Of a stretch of 64,000 nucleotides of DNA, positions 27,001-41,200 are shown in pieces. Where the stretch lies: contig OZ024744.1 of the NCBI GenBank assembly GCA_964016885.1, forward strand, positions 6,634,001 through 6,698,000. The letters are read 5' to 3'. The notes below the pieces were generated by a model, which made no database searches, was not told the DNA's origin, and saw only the letters and a list, made by a program, of their open reading frames with translations. Made by a program: the position numbers and the translations under genes. The first letter of the stretch is position 1, and every line of letters starts with the position of its first letter. Source of the stretch: Eledone cirrhosa. Its lineage: Eukaryota.

Positions 27001-29200
27001 AGTAACGGTTATGTCTACTGCAGTATTACACTGATGTAGGTGTGGTGCAGTAACGGTTATGTCTATTGCAGTATTGCACTGATGTAGGTGTAGTGCAGTA
27101 ACGGTTATGTCTACTGCAGTATTGCACTGATGTAGGTGTGGTGATGTAACGGTTATGTCTATTGCAGTATTGCACTGAGGTAGGTGTGGTGCAGTAACGG
27201 TTATGTCTACTGCAGTATTGCACTGATGTAGGTATGGTGCAGTAACGGTTATGTCTACTGTAGTATTGCACTGATGTAGGTGTGATGCAGTAACGGATAT
27301 GTCTACTGCAGTATTGCACTGACATAGGTGTGGTGCAGTAACGGTTATGTCTACTGCAGTATTTCACTGATGTAGGTGTGGTGCAGTAACGGTTAAGTCT
27401 ACTGCAGTATTGCACTGAAGTAAGTGTGGTGCAGTAACGGTTATGTCTAATGCAGTATTGCACTGATGTAGGTGTGGTGCAGTAACAGTTATGTCTACTG
27501 CAGTATTGCACTGATGTAGGTGTGGTGCTGTAAAGGTTATGTCTATTGCAGTATTGCACTGATGTAGGTGTGGTGCAGTAACGGTTATGTCTACTGCATT
27601 ATTGCACTGATGTAGATGTGGTGCAGTAACGGTTATGTCTACTGCAGTATTGCACTGAGATAGGTGTGGTACAGTAACGGTTATTTCTACTGCAGTATTG
27701 CACTGATGTAGATGTGGTGCATTAACGGTTATGTCTACTGCAGTATTGCACTGATGTAGGTGTGGTGCAGTAACAGTTATGTCTACTGAAGTATTGCACT
27801 GATGTAGATGTGGTGCACTAACGGTTATATATACTGCAGTATTGCACTGAGGTAGTTGTGGTGCAGTGACGGTTATGTCTATTGCAGTATTGCACTGAGG
27901 TAGGTGTGGTGCAGTAACGGTTATTTCTGCTGCAGTATTGCACTGATGTAGTTGTGGTGCAGTAACGGTTATGTCTACTGCAGTATTGTACTGATGTAGG
28001 TGTGGTGCAGTAACGGTTATGTCTACTGCAGTATTACACTTAGGTAGGTGTGGTGCAGTAACAGTTATGTCTACTGCAGTATTGCACTTAGGTAGGTGTG
28101 GTGCAGTAACGGTTATGTCTACTGCAGTATTGCACTGATGTAGGTGTGGTGCAGTAACGGATATTTCTACTGCAGTATTGCACTTAGGTAGGTGTGCTGC
28201 AGTAACGGTTATGTCTACTGCAGTATTGCACTGATGTAGGTGTGGTGCAGTAACGGTTATGTCTACTGCATTATTGCACTGAGTTAGGTGTGGTGCAGTA
28301 ACGATTATGTCGACTGCAGTATTACACTGATGTAGGTGTGGTGCAGTAACGGTTATGTCTACTGCAGTATTGCACTGATGTAGGTGTAGTGCAGTAACGG
28401 TTATGTCTACTGCAGTATTGCACTGATGTAGGTGTGGTGCTGTAACGGTTATGTCTATTGCAGTATTGCACTGAGGTAGGTGTGGTGCAGTAACGGTTAT
28501 GTCTACTGCAGTATTGCACTGATGTAGGTATGGTGCAGTAACGGTTATGTCTACTGCAGTATTGCACTTATGTAGGTGTGGTGCAGTAACGGTTATGTCT
28601 ACTGCTGTATTGCACTGATGTAGGTGTGGTGCAGTAACGGTTATGTCTACCGCATTATTGCACTGATGTAGGTGTGTTGCAGTAACGGTTATGTCTAGTG
28701 CAGTATTGTACTGAGGTAGGTGTTGTGCAGTAACGGTTATTTCTACTGCAGTATTGCACTGATGTAGGTGTGGTGCAGTAACGGTTATGTCTACTGTAGT
28801 ATTGCACTGAGGTAGGTGTGGTGCAGTAACGGTTATGTCTACTGCATTATTGCACTGATGTAGGTGTGGTGCAGTAACGGTTATGTCTACTGCAATATTG
28901 CACTGATGTAGGTGTGGTGCAGTACGGTTAAATCTACTGCAGTATTGCACTGATGTAGGTGTGGTGCAGTAGCGGTTATTTCTACTGCAGTATTGCACTG
29001 ATGTAGATGTGGTGCACTAACGGTTATATATACTGCAGTATTGCACTGAGGTAGTTGTGGTGCAGTAACGGTTATGTCTACTGCAATATTGCACTAGGTA
29101 GGTGTGGTGCAGTAACGATTATGTCTACTTCAGTATTGCAATGATGTAGGTGTGGTGCAGTAACAGTTATGTCTACTGAAGTATTGCACTGATGTAGATG
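8850..29200. repeat. Macro-unit copies A and B: ~8850-15090 recurs at ~23030-29180 (offset ~14.1-14.2 kb)
   Basis: ORF offsets are 14182 (8913/23095, 10020/24202), 14231 (11634/25865, 12168/26399) and 14087 (12939/27026, 14235/28322). The steps correspond to gain or loss of whole monomers, plus a 1-bp indel. Confidence 0.88.
16290..19820. repeat. Duplication with offset 1867 bp (shortened form of the 2587-bp duplication)
   Basis: ORF pairs 16725/18592, 16931/18798, 16962/18829 and 17385/19252 are all offset by 1867. Confidence 0.88.
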
Positions 29201-32200
29201 TGGTGCACTAACGGTTATATATACTGCAGTATTGCACTGAGGTAGTTGTGGTGCAGTGACGGTTATGTCTATTGCAGTATTGCACTGAGGTAGGTGTGGT
29301 GCAGTAACGGTTATTTCTGCTGCAGTATTGCACTGATGTAGTTGTGGTGCAGTAACGGTTATGTCCACTGCAGTATTGTACTGATGTAGGTGTGGTGCAG
29401 TAACGGTTATGTCTACTGCAGTATTGCACTTAGGTAGGTGTGGTGCAGTAACGGTTATGTCAACTGCAGTATTGCACTGATGTAGGTGTGGTGCAGTAAC
29501 GGATATTTCTACTGCAGTATTGCACTTAGGTAGGTGTGCTGCAGTAACGGTTATGTCTACTGCAGTATTGCACTGATGTAGGTGTGTTGCAGTAACGGTT
29601 ATGTCTACTGCATTATTGCACTGAGTTAGGTGTGGTGCAGTAACGATTATGTCGACTGCAGTATTACACTGATGTAGGTGTGGTGCAGTAACGGTTATGT
29701 CTACTGCAGTATTGCACTGATGTAGGTGTAGTGCAGTAACGGTTATGTCTACTGCAGTATTGCACTGATGTAGGTGTGGTGCTGTAACGGTTATGTCTAT
29801 TGCAGTATTGCACTGAGGTAGGTGTGGTGCAGTAACGGTTATGTCTACTGCAGTATTGCACTGAGGTAGGTGTGGTGCAGTAACGGTTATGTCTATTGCA
29901 GTATTGCACTGATCTAGGTGTGGTGCAGTAACGGTTATTCTACTGCAGTATTGCACTGATGTAGGTGTGGTGCAGTAACGGTTATTTCTACTGCAGTATT
30001 GCACTGATGTAGGTGTGGTGCAGTAACGGATATTTCTACTGCAGTATTGCACTTAGGTAGGTGTGCTGCAGTAACGGTTATGTCTACTGCAGTATTGCAC
30101 TGATGTAGGTGTGGTGCAGTAACGGTTATGTCTACTGCATTATTGCACTGAGTTAGGTGTGGTGCAGTAACGATTATGTCGACTGCAGTATTACACTGAT
30201 GTAGGTGTGGTGCAGTAACGGTTATGTCTACTGCAGTATTGCACTGATGTAGGTGTAGTGCAGTAACGGTTATGTCTACTGCAGTATTGCACTGATGTAG
30301 GTGTGGTGCTGTAACGGTTATGTCTATTGCAGTATTGCACTGAGGTAGGTGTGGTGCAGTAACGGTTATGTCTACTGCAGTATTGCACTGATGTAGGTAT
30401 GGTGCAGTAACGGTTATGTCTACTGCAGTATTGCACTTATGTAGGTGTGGTGCAGTAACGGTTATGTCTACTGCTGTATTGCACTGATGTAGGTGTGGTG
30501 CAGTAACGGTTATGTCTACCGCATTATTGCACTGATGTAGGTGTGTTGCAGTAACGGTTATGTCTAGTGCAGTATTGTACTGAGGTAGGTGTTGTGCAGT
30601 AGCGGTTATTTCTACTGCAGTATTGCACTGATGTAGATGTGGTGCACTAACGGTTATATATACTGCAGTATTGCACTGAGGTAGTTGTGGTGCAGTAACG
30701 GTTATGTCTACTGCAATATTGCACTAGGTAGGTGTGGTGCAGTAACGATTATGTCTACTTCAGTATTGCAATGATGTAGGTGTGGTGCAGTAACAGTTAT
30801 GTCTACTGAAGTATTGCACTGATGTAGATGTGGTGCACTAACGGTTATATATACTGCAGTATTGCACTGAGGTAGTTGTGGTGCAGTGACGGTTATGTCT
30901 ATTGCAGTATTGCACTGAGGTAGGTGTGGTGCAGTAACGGTTATTTCTACTGCAGTATTGCACTGATGTAGTTGTGGTGCAGTAACGGTTATGTCTACTG
31001 CAGTATTGCACTGAGGTAAATGTGGTGCAGTAACGGTTATGTCTACTGCATTATTGCACTGATGTAGGTGTGGTGCAGTAACGGTTATGTCTACTGCAGT
31101 ATTGCACTTAGGTAGGTGTGGTGCAGTAACAGTTATGTCTACTGCAGTATTGCACTTAGGTAGGTGTGGTGCAGTAACGGTTATGTCTACTGCAGTATTG
31201 CACTGATGTAGGTGTGGTGCAGTAACGGATATTTCTACTGCAGTTTTGCACTTAGGTAGGTGTGGTGCAGTAACGGTTATGTCTACTGCAGTATTGCACT
31301 GATGTAGGTGTGGTGCAGTAACGGTTATTCTACTGCAGTATTGCACTGATGTAGGTGTGGTGCAGTAACGGTTATTTATACTGCAGTATTGCACTGATGT
31401 AGGTGTGGTGCAGTAACGGTTATGTCTACTGCAGTATTGCACTGATGTAGGTGTGGTGCAGTAACGGTTATGTCTACTGCTGTATTGCACTGATGTAGGT
31501 GTGGTGAAGTAGCGGTTATTTCTACAGCAGTATTGCACTGATGTAAATGTGGTGCACTAACGGTTATGTATACTGCAGTGTTGCACTGAGGTAGTTGTGA
31601 TGCAGTAACGGTTTATGTCTACTGCAATATTGCACTAGTTAGGTGTGGTGCAGTAACGATTATGTCTACTGCAGTATTGCACTGATGTAGGTGTGGTGCA
31701 GTAACGGTTATTCTACTGCAGTATTGCACTGATGTAGGTGTGGTGCAGTAACGGTTATTTCTACTGCAGTATTGCACTGATGTAGGTGTGGTGCAGTAAC
31801 GGTTATGTCTACTGCAGTATTGCACTGATGTAGGTGTGGTGCAGTAACGGTTATGTCTACTGCATTATTTACTGATGTAGGTGTGGTGCAGTAACGGTTA
31901 TGTCTAGTGCAGTATTGCACTGAGGTAGGTGTGGTGCAGTAACGGTTATTTCTACTGCAGTATTGCACTGATGTAGGTGTGGTGCAGTAACGGTTATGTC
32001 TACTGTAGTATTGCACTGAGGTAGGTGTGGTGCAGTAACGGTTATGTCTACTGCAGTATTGCACTGATGTAGGTGTGGTGCAGTAACGGTTATGTCTACT
32101 GCAGTATTCCATTGATGTAGGTGTGATGCAGTAACGGATATGTCTACTGCAGTATTGCACTGATGTAGGTGTGGTGAAGTAGCGGTTATTTCTACAGCAG

Positions 32201-35200
32201 TATTGCACTGATGTAGATGTGGTGCACTAACGGTTATGTCTACTGCAGTGTTGCACTGAGGTAGTTGTGGTGCAGTAACGGTTATGTCTACTGCAATATT
32301 GCACTAGGTAGGTGTGGTGCAGTAACGATTATGTCTACTGCAGTATAGCACTGATGTAGGTGTGGTGCAGTAACGGTTATTCTACTGCAGTATTGCACTG
32401 ATGTAGGTGTGGTGCAGTAACGGTTATTTCTACTGCAGTATTGCACTGATGTAGGTGTGGTGCAGTAACGGTTATGTCTACTGCAGTATTGCACTGATGT
32501 AGGTGTGGTGCAGTAACGGTTATGTCTACTGCATTATTGCACTGATGTAGGTATGGTGCAGTAACGGTTATGTCTACTGCAGTATTACACTGATGTAGGT
32601 GTGGTGCAGTAACGGTTATGTTTACTGCAGTATTGCACTGATGTAGGTGTAGTGCAGTAACGGATATGTCTACTGCAGTATTGCACTGATGTAGGTGTGG
32701 TGCTGTAACGGTTATGTCTATTGCAGTATTACACTGAGGTAGGTGTGGTGCAGTATCGGTTATGTCTACTGCAGTATTGCACTGATGTAGGTGTGGTGCA
32801 GTAACGGTTATGTCTACTGCATTATTGCGCTGATGTAGGTGTGGTGCAGTAACGGTTATGTCTACTGCAGTATTACACTGATGTAGGTGTGGTGCAGTAA
32901 CGGTTATGTCTACTGCAGTATTGCACTGATGTAGGTGTAGTGCAGTAACGGTTATGTCTACTGCAGTATTGCACTGATGTAGGTGTGGTGCTGTAACGGT
33001 TATGTCTATTGCAGTTTTGCACTGAGTTAGGTGTGGTGCAGTAACGGTTATGTCTACTGCAGTATTGCACTGATGTAGCTATGGTGGAGTAACGGTTATG
33101 TCAACTGCATTATTGCACTGATGTAGGTGTGGTGCGGTAACGGTTATGTCTAGTGCAGTATTGCACTGAGGTAGGTGTGGTGCAGTAACGGTTATTTCTA
33201 CTGCAGTATTGCACTGATGTAGGTGTGGTGCAGTAACGGTTATGTCTACTGTAGTGTTGCACTGAGGTAGGTGTAGTGCTGTAACGGTTATGTCTACTGC
33301 AGTATTGCACTGATGTAGGTGTGGTGCAGTAGCGGTTATATCTACTGCAGTATTGCACTGATGTAGGTGTGGTGCAGTACAGTTAAATCTACTGCAGTAT
33401 TGCACTGATGTAGGTGTGTTGCAGTAGCGGTTATTTCTACTGCAGTATTGCACTGATGTAGATGTGGTGCACTAACGGTTATATATACTGCAGTATTACA
33501 CTGAGGTAGTTGTGGTGCAGTAACGGTTATGTCTACTGCAATGTTGCACTAGTTAGGTGTGGTGCAGTAACGATTATGTCTACTGCAGTATTGCACTGAT
33601 GTAGGTGTGGTGCAGTAACAGTTATGTCTACTGCAGTATTGCACTGATGTAGGTGTGGTGCATTAACGGTTATGTCTACTGCAGTATTGCACTGATTTAC
33701 GTGTGGTGCAGTGAAGGTTATGTCTATTGCAGTATTGCACTGAGGTAGGTGTGGAGCAGTAACGGTTATTTCTGCGGCAGTATTGCACTGATGTAGTTGT
33801 GGTGCAGTAACGGTTATGTCTACTGCAGTATTGCACTGAGGTAAATGTGGTGCAGTAACGGATATGTCTACTGCATTATTGCACTGATGTAGGTGTGGTG
33901 CAGTAACGGTTATGTCTACTGCAGTATTGCACTTAGGTAGGTGTGGTGCAGTAACAGTTATGTCTACTGCAGTATTGCACTTAGGTAGGTGTGGTGCAGT
34001 AAGGTTATGTCTAATACAGTATTGCACTGATGTAGGTGTGGTGCAGTAACGGATATTTCTACTGCAGTTTTGCACTTAGGTAGGTGTGGTGCAGTAACGG
34101 TTATGTCTACTGCAGTATTGCACTGATGTATGTGTGGTGCAGTAACGGTTATTCTACTGCAGTATTGCACTGATGTAGGTGTGGTGCAGTAACGGTTATT
34201 TCTACTGCAGTATTGCACTGATGTATGTGTGGTGCAGTAACGGTTATGTCTACTGCAGTATTGCACTGATGTAGGTGTGGTGCAGTAACGGTTATGTCTA
34301 CTGCATTATTGCACTGATGTAGGTGTGGTGCAGTAACGGTTATGTCTACTGCAGTATTACACTGATGTAGGTGTGGTGCAGTAACGGTTATGTCTACTGC
34401 AGTATTGCACTGATGTAGGTGTAGTGCAGTAACGGTTATGTCTACTGCAGTATTGCACTGATGTAGGTGTGGTGCTGTAACGGTTATGTCTATTGCAGTA
34501 TTGCACTGAGGTAGGTGTGGTGCAGTAACGGTTATGTCTACTGCAGAATTGCACTGATGTAGGTATGGTGCAGTAACGGTTATGTCTACTGCAGTATTGC
34601 ACTGATGTAGGTGTTGTGCAGTAACGGTTATGTCTACTGCTGTATTGCACTGATGTAGGTGTGGTGCAGTAACGGTTATGTCTACCGCATTATTGCACTG
34701 ATGTAGGTGTGGTGCAGTAACGGTTATGTCTAGTGCAGTATTGCACTGAGGTAGGTGTGGTGCAGTAACGGTTATTTCTACTGCAGTATTGCACTGATGT
34801 AGGTGTGGTGCAGTAACGGTTATGTCTACTGTAGTATTGCACTGAGGTAGGTGTGGTGCAGTAACGGTTATGTCTACTGCAGTATTGCACTGATGTAGGT
34901 GTGGTGCAGTAACGGTTATGTCTACTGCAGTATTGCACTGATGTAGGGGTGATGCAGTACGGTTAAATCTACTGCAGTATTGCACTGATGTAGGTGTGAT
35001 GCAGTAGCGGATATTTCTACTGCAGTATTGCACTGATGTAGGTGTGGTGCAGTAACGGTTATGTCTACTGCAGCATTGCACTGATGTAGGTGTGGTGCAG
35101 TAACGGTTATGTCTACTGCATTATTGCACTGATGTAGGTATGGTGCAGTAACGGTTATGTCTACTGCAGTATTACACTGATGTAGGTGTGGTGCAGTAAC

Positions 35201-38200
35201 GGTTATGTCTACTGCAGTATTGCACTGATGTAGGTGTAGTGCAGTAACGGCTATGTCTACTGCAGTATTGCACTGATGTAGGTGTGGTGCTGTAACGGTT
35301 ATGTCTATTGAAGTATTACACTGAGGTAGGTGTGGTGCAGTATCGGTTATGTCTACTGCAGTATTGCACTGATGTAGGTGTGGTGCAGTAACGGTTATGT
35401 CTACTGCATTATTGCGCTGATGTAGGTGTGGTGCAGTAACGGTTATGTCTACTGCAGTATTAAACTGATGTAGGTGTGGTGCAGTAACGGTTATGTCTAC
35501 TGCAGTATTGCACTGATGTAGGTGTAGTGCAGTAACGGTTATGTCTACTGCAGTATTGCACTGATGTAGGTGTGGTGCTGTAACGGTTATGTCTATTGCA
35601 GTTTTGCACTGAGTTAGGTGTGGTGCAGTAACGGTTATGTCTACTGCAGTATTGCACTGATGTAGCTATGGTGCAGTAACGGTTATGTCAACTGCATTAT
35701 TGCACTGATGTAGGTGTGGTGCAGTAACGGTTATGTCTAGTGCAGTATTGCACTGAGGTAGGTGTGGTGCAGTAACGGTTATTTCTACTGCAGTATTGCA
35801 CTGATGTAGGTGTGGTGCAGTAACGGTTATGTCTACTGTAGTATTGCACTGAGGTAGATGTAGTGCTGTAACGGTTATGTCTACTGCAGTATTGCACTGA
35901 TGTAGGTGTGGTGCAGTAGCGGTTATATCTACTGCAGTATTGCACTGATGTAGGTGTGGTGCAGTACGGTTAAATCTACTGCAGTATTGCACTGATGTAG
36001 GTGTGGTGCAGTAGCGGTTATTTCTACTGCAGTATTGCACTGATGTAGATGTGGTGCACTAACGGTTATATATACTGCAGTATTGCACTGAGGTAGTTGT
36101 GGTGCAGTAACGGTTATATCTACTGCAATGTTGCACTAGTTAGGTGTGGTGCAGTAACGATTATGTCTACTGCAGTATTGCACTGATGTAGGTGTGGTGC
36201 AGTAACAGTTATGTCTACTGCAGTATTGCACTGATGTAGGTGTGGTGCATTAACGGTTATGTCTACTGCAGTATTGCACTGATTTACGTGTGGTGCAGTG
36301 AAGGTTATGTCTATTGCAGTATTGCACTGAGGTAGGTGTGGAGCAGTAACGGTTATTTCTGCGGCAGTATTGCACTGATGTAGTTGTGGTGCAGTAACGG
36401 TTATGTCTACTGCAGTATTGCACTGAGGTAAATGTGGTGCAGTAACGGATATGTCTACTGCATTATTGCACTGATGTAGGTGTGGTGCAGTAACGGTTAT
36501 GTCTACTGCAGTATTGCACTTAGGTAGGTGTGGTGCAGTAACAGTTATGTCTACTGCAGTATTGCACTTAGGTAGGTGTGGTGCAGTAAGGTTATGTCTA
36601 ATGCAGTATTGCACTGATGTAGGTGTGGTGCAGTAACGGATGTTTCTACTGCAGTTTTGCACTTAGGTAGGTGTGGTGCAGTAACGGTTATGTCTACTGC
36701 AGTATTGCACTGATGTAGGTGTGGTGCAGTAACGGTTATTCTACTGCAGTATTGCACTGATGTAGGTGTGGTGCAGTAACGGTTATTTCTACTGCAGTAT
36801 TGCACTGATGTATGTGTGGTGCAGTAACGGTTATGTCTACTGCAGTATTGCACTGATGTAGGTGTGGTGCAGTAACGGTTATGTCTACTGCATTATTGCA
36901 CTGATGTAGGTGTGGTGCAGTAACGGTTATGTCTACTGCAGTATTACACTGATGCAGGTGTGGTGCAGTAACGGTTATGTCTACTGCAGTATTGCACTGA
37001 TGTAGGTGTAGTGCAGTAACGGTTATGTCTACTGCAGTATTGCACTGATGTAGGTGTGGTGCTGTAACGGTTATGTCTATTGCAGTATTGCACTGAGGTA
37101 GGTGTGGTGCAGTAACGGTTATGTCTACTGCAGTATTGCACTGATGTAGGTATGGTGCAGTAACGGTTATGTCTACTGCAGTATTGCACTGATGTAGGTG
37201 TTGTGCAGTAACGGTTATGTCTACTGCTGTATTGCACTGATGTAGGTGTGGTGCAGTAACGGTTATGTCTACCGCATTATTGCACTGATGTAGGTGTGGT
37301 GCAGTAACGGTTATGTCTAGTGCAGTATTGCACTGAGGTAGGTGTGGTGCAGTAACGGTTATTTCTACTGCAGTATTGCTCTGATGTAGGTGTGGTGCAG
37401 TAACGGTTATGTCTACTGTAGTATTGCACTGAGGTAGGTGTGGTGCAGTAACGGTTATGTCTACTGCAGTATTGCACTGATGTAGGTGTGGTGCAGTAAC
37501 GGTTATGTCTACTGCAGTATTGCACTGATGTAGGGGTGATGCAGTACGGTTAAATCTACTGCAGTATTGCACTGATGTAGGTGTGGTGCAGTAGCGGATA
37601 TTTCTACTGCAGTATTGCACTGATGTAGGTGTGGTGCAGTAACGGTTATGTCTACTGCAGTATTGCACTGATGTAGGTGTGGTGCAGTAACGGTTATGTC
37701 TACTGCATTATTGCACTGATGTAGGTATGGTGCAGTAACGGTTATGTCTACTGCAGTATTACACTGATGTAGGTGTGGTGCAGTAACGGTTATGTCTACT
37801 GCAGTATTGCACTGATGTAGGTGTAGTGCAGTAACGGCTATGTCTACTGCAGTATTGCACTGATGTAGGTGTGGTGCTGTAACGGTTATGTCTATTGCAG
37901 TATTACACTGAGGTAGGTGTGGTGCAGTATCGGTTATGTCTACTGCAGTATTGCACTGATGTAGGTGTGGTGCAGTAACGGTTATGTCTACTGCATTATT
38001 GCACTGATGTAGGTGTGGTGCAGTAGCGGTTATTTCTACTGCAGTATTGCACTGATGTAGGTGTGGTGCAGTAACGGTTATGTCTACTGCAGTATTGCAC
38101 TGATGTAGGTGTGGTGCAGTAACGGTTATGTCTACTGCATTATTGCACTGATGTAGGTATGGTGCAGTAACGGTTATGTCTACTGCAGTATTACACTGAT

Positions 38201-41200
38201 GTAGGTGTGGTGCAGTAACGGTTATGTCTACTGCAGTATTGCACTGATGTAGGTGTAGTGCAGTAACGGTTATGTCTACTGCAGTATTGCACTGATGTAG
38301 GTGTGGTGCTGTAACGTTTATGTCTATTGCAGTATTGCACTGAGGTAGGTGTGGTGCAGTAACGGTTATGTCTACTGCAGTATTGCACTGATGTAGCTAT
38401 GGTGCAGTAACGGTTATGTCAACTGCATTGTTGCACTGATGTAGGTGTGGTGCAGTAACGGTTATGTCTAGTGCAGTATTGCACTGAGGTAGGTGTGGTG
38501 CAGTAACGGTTATTTCTACTGCAGTATTGCACTGATGTAGATGTGGTGCTGTAACGGTTATATATACTGCAGTATTGCACTGAGGTAGTTGTGGTGCAGT
38601 AACGGTTATGTCTACTGCAATGTTGCACTAGTTAGGTGTGGTGCAGTAACGATTATGTCTACTGCAGTATTGCACTGATGTAGGTGTGGTGCAGTAACAG
38701 TTATGTCTACTGCAGTATTGCACTGATGTAGGTGTGGTGCATTAACGGTTATGTCTACTGCAGTATTGCACTGATGTACGTGTGGTGCAGTGAAGGTTAT
38801 GTCTATTGCAGTATTGCACTGAGGTAGGTGTGGTGCAGTAACGGTTATTTCTACGGCAGTATTGCACTGATGTAGTTGTGGTGCAGTAACGGTTATGTCT
38901 ACTGCAGTATTGCACTGATGTAGGTGTAGTGCAGTAACGGCTATGTCTACTGCAGTATTGCACTGATGTAGGTGTGGTGCTGTAACGGTTATGTCTATTG
39001 CAGTATTACACTGATGTAGGTGTGGTGCAGTAACGGTTATGTCTACTGCAGTATTGCACTGATGTAGGTGTAGTGCAGTAACGGCTATGTCTACTGCAGT
39101 ATTGCACTGATGTAGGTGTGGTGCTGTAACGGTTATGTCTATTACAGTATTACACTGAGGTAGGTGTGGTGCAGTATCGGTTATGTCTACTGCAGTATTG
39201 CACTGATGTAGGTGTGGTGCAGTAACGGGTATGTCTACTGCATTATTGCACTGATGTAGGTGTGGTGCAGTTGCGGTTATTTCTACTGCATTATTGCACT
39301 GATGTAGGTGTGGTGCAGTAACGGTTATGTCTACTGCAGTATTGCACTGATGTAGGTGTGGTGCAGTAACGGTTATGTCTACTGCATTATTGCACTGATG
39401 TAGGTATGGTGCAGTAACGGTTATGTCTACTGCAGTATTACACTGATGTAGGTGTGGTGCAGTAACGGTTATGTCTACTGCAGTATTGCACTGATGTAGG
39501 TGTAGTGCAGTAACGGTTATGTCTACTGCAGTATTGCACTGATGTAGGTGTGGTGCTGTAACGGTTATGTCTATTGCAGTATTGCACTGAGGTAGGTGTG
39601 GTGCAGTAACGGTTATGTCTACTGCAGTATTGCACTGATGTAGCTATGGTGCAGTAACGGTTATGTCTACCGCATTATTGCACTGATGTAGGTGTGGTGC
39701 AGTAACGGTTATGTCTAGTGCAGTATTGCACTGAGGTAGGTGTGGTGCAGTAACGGTTATTTCTACTGCAGTATTGCACTGATGTAGGTGTGGTGCAGTA
39801 ACGGTTATGTCTACTGTAGTATTGCACTGAGGTAGGTGTGGTGCAGTAACGGTTATGTCTACTGCAGTATTGCACTGAGGTAGGTGTGGTGCAGTAACGG
39901 TTATGTCTACTGCAGTATTGCACTGACGTAGCTATGGTGCAGTAACGGTTATGTCAACTGCATTATTGCACTGATGTAGGTGTGGTGCAGTAACGGTTAT
40001 GTCTAGTGCAGTATTGCACTGATGTAGGTGTGATGCAGTAACGGATATGTCTACTGCAGTATTGCACTGAGATAGGTGTGGTGCAGTAACGGTTATGTCT
40101 ACTGCAGTATTTCACTGATGTAGGTGTGGTGCAGTAACGGTTAAGTCTACTGCAGTATTGCACTGAAGTAAGTGTGGTGCAGTAACGGTTATGTCTACTG
40201 CAGTATTGCACTGATGTAGGTGTGGTGCAGTAACAGTTATGTCTACTGCAGTATTGCACTGATGTAGGTGTGGTGCTGTAAAGTTTATGTCTATTGCAGT
40301 ATTGCACTGATGTAGGTGTGGTGCAGTAACGGTTATGTCTACTGCATTATTGCACTGATGTAGATGTGGTGCAGTAACGGTTATGTCTACTGCAGTATTG
40401 CACTGAGATATGTGTGGTGCATTAACGGTTATGTCTACTGCAGTATTGCACTGATGTAGGTGTGGTGCAGTAACAGTTATGTCTACTGAAGTATTGCACT
40501 GATGTAGATGTGGTGCACTAACGGTTATATATACTGCAGTATTGCACTGAGTTAGTTGTGGTGCAGTGACGGTTATGTCTATTGCAGTATTGCACTGAGG
40601 TAGGTGTGGTGCAGTAACGGTTATTTCTGCTGCAGTATTGCACTGATGTAGTTGTGGTGCAGTAACGGTTATGTCTACTGCAGTATTGCACTGAGGTAAA
40701 TGTGGTGCAGTAACGGTTATGTCTACTGCATTATTGTACTGATGTAGGTGTGGTGCAGTAACGGTTATGTCTACTGCAGTATTGCACTTAGGTAGGTGTG
40801 GTGCAGTAACAGTTATGTCTACTGCAGTATTGCACTTAGGTAGGTGTGGTGCAGTAACAGTTATGTCTACTGCAGTATTGCACTGATGTAGGTGTGGTGC
40901 AGTAACGGATATTTCTACTGCAGTATTGCACTTAGGTAGGTGTGGTGCAGTAACGGTTATGTCAACTGCAGTATTGCACTGATGTAGGAGTGGTGCAGTA
41001 ACGGTTATGTCTACTGCAGTATTGCATTGAGTTAGGTGTGGTGCAGTAACGATTATGTCGACTGCAGTATTACACTGATGTAGGTGTGGTGCAGTAACGG
41101 TTATGTCTACTGCAGTATTGCACTGATGTAGGTGTAGTGCAGTAACGGTTATGTCTACTGCAGTATTGCACTGATGTAGGTGTGGTGCTGTAACGGTTAT

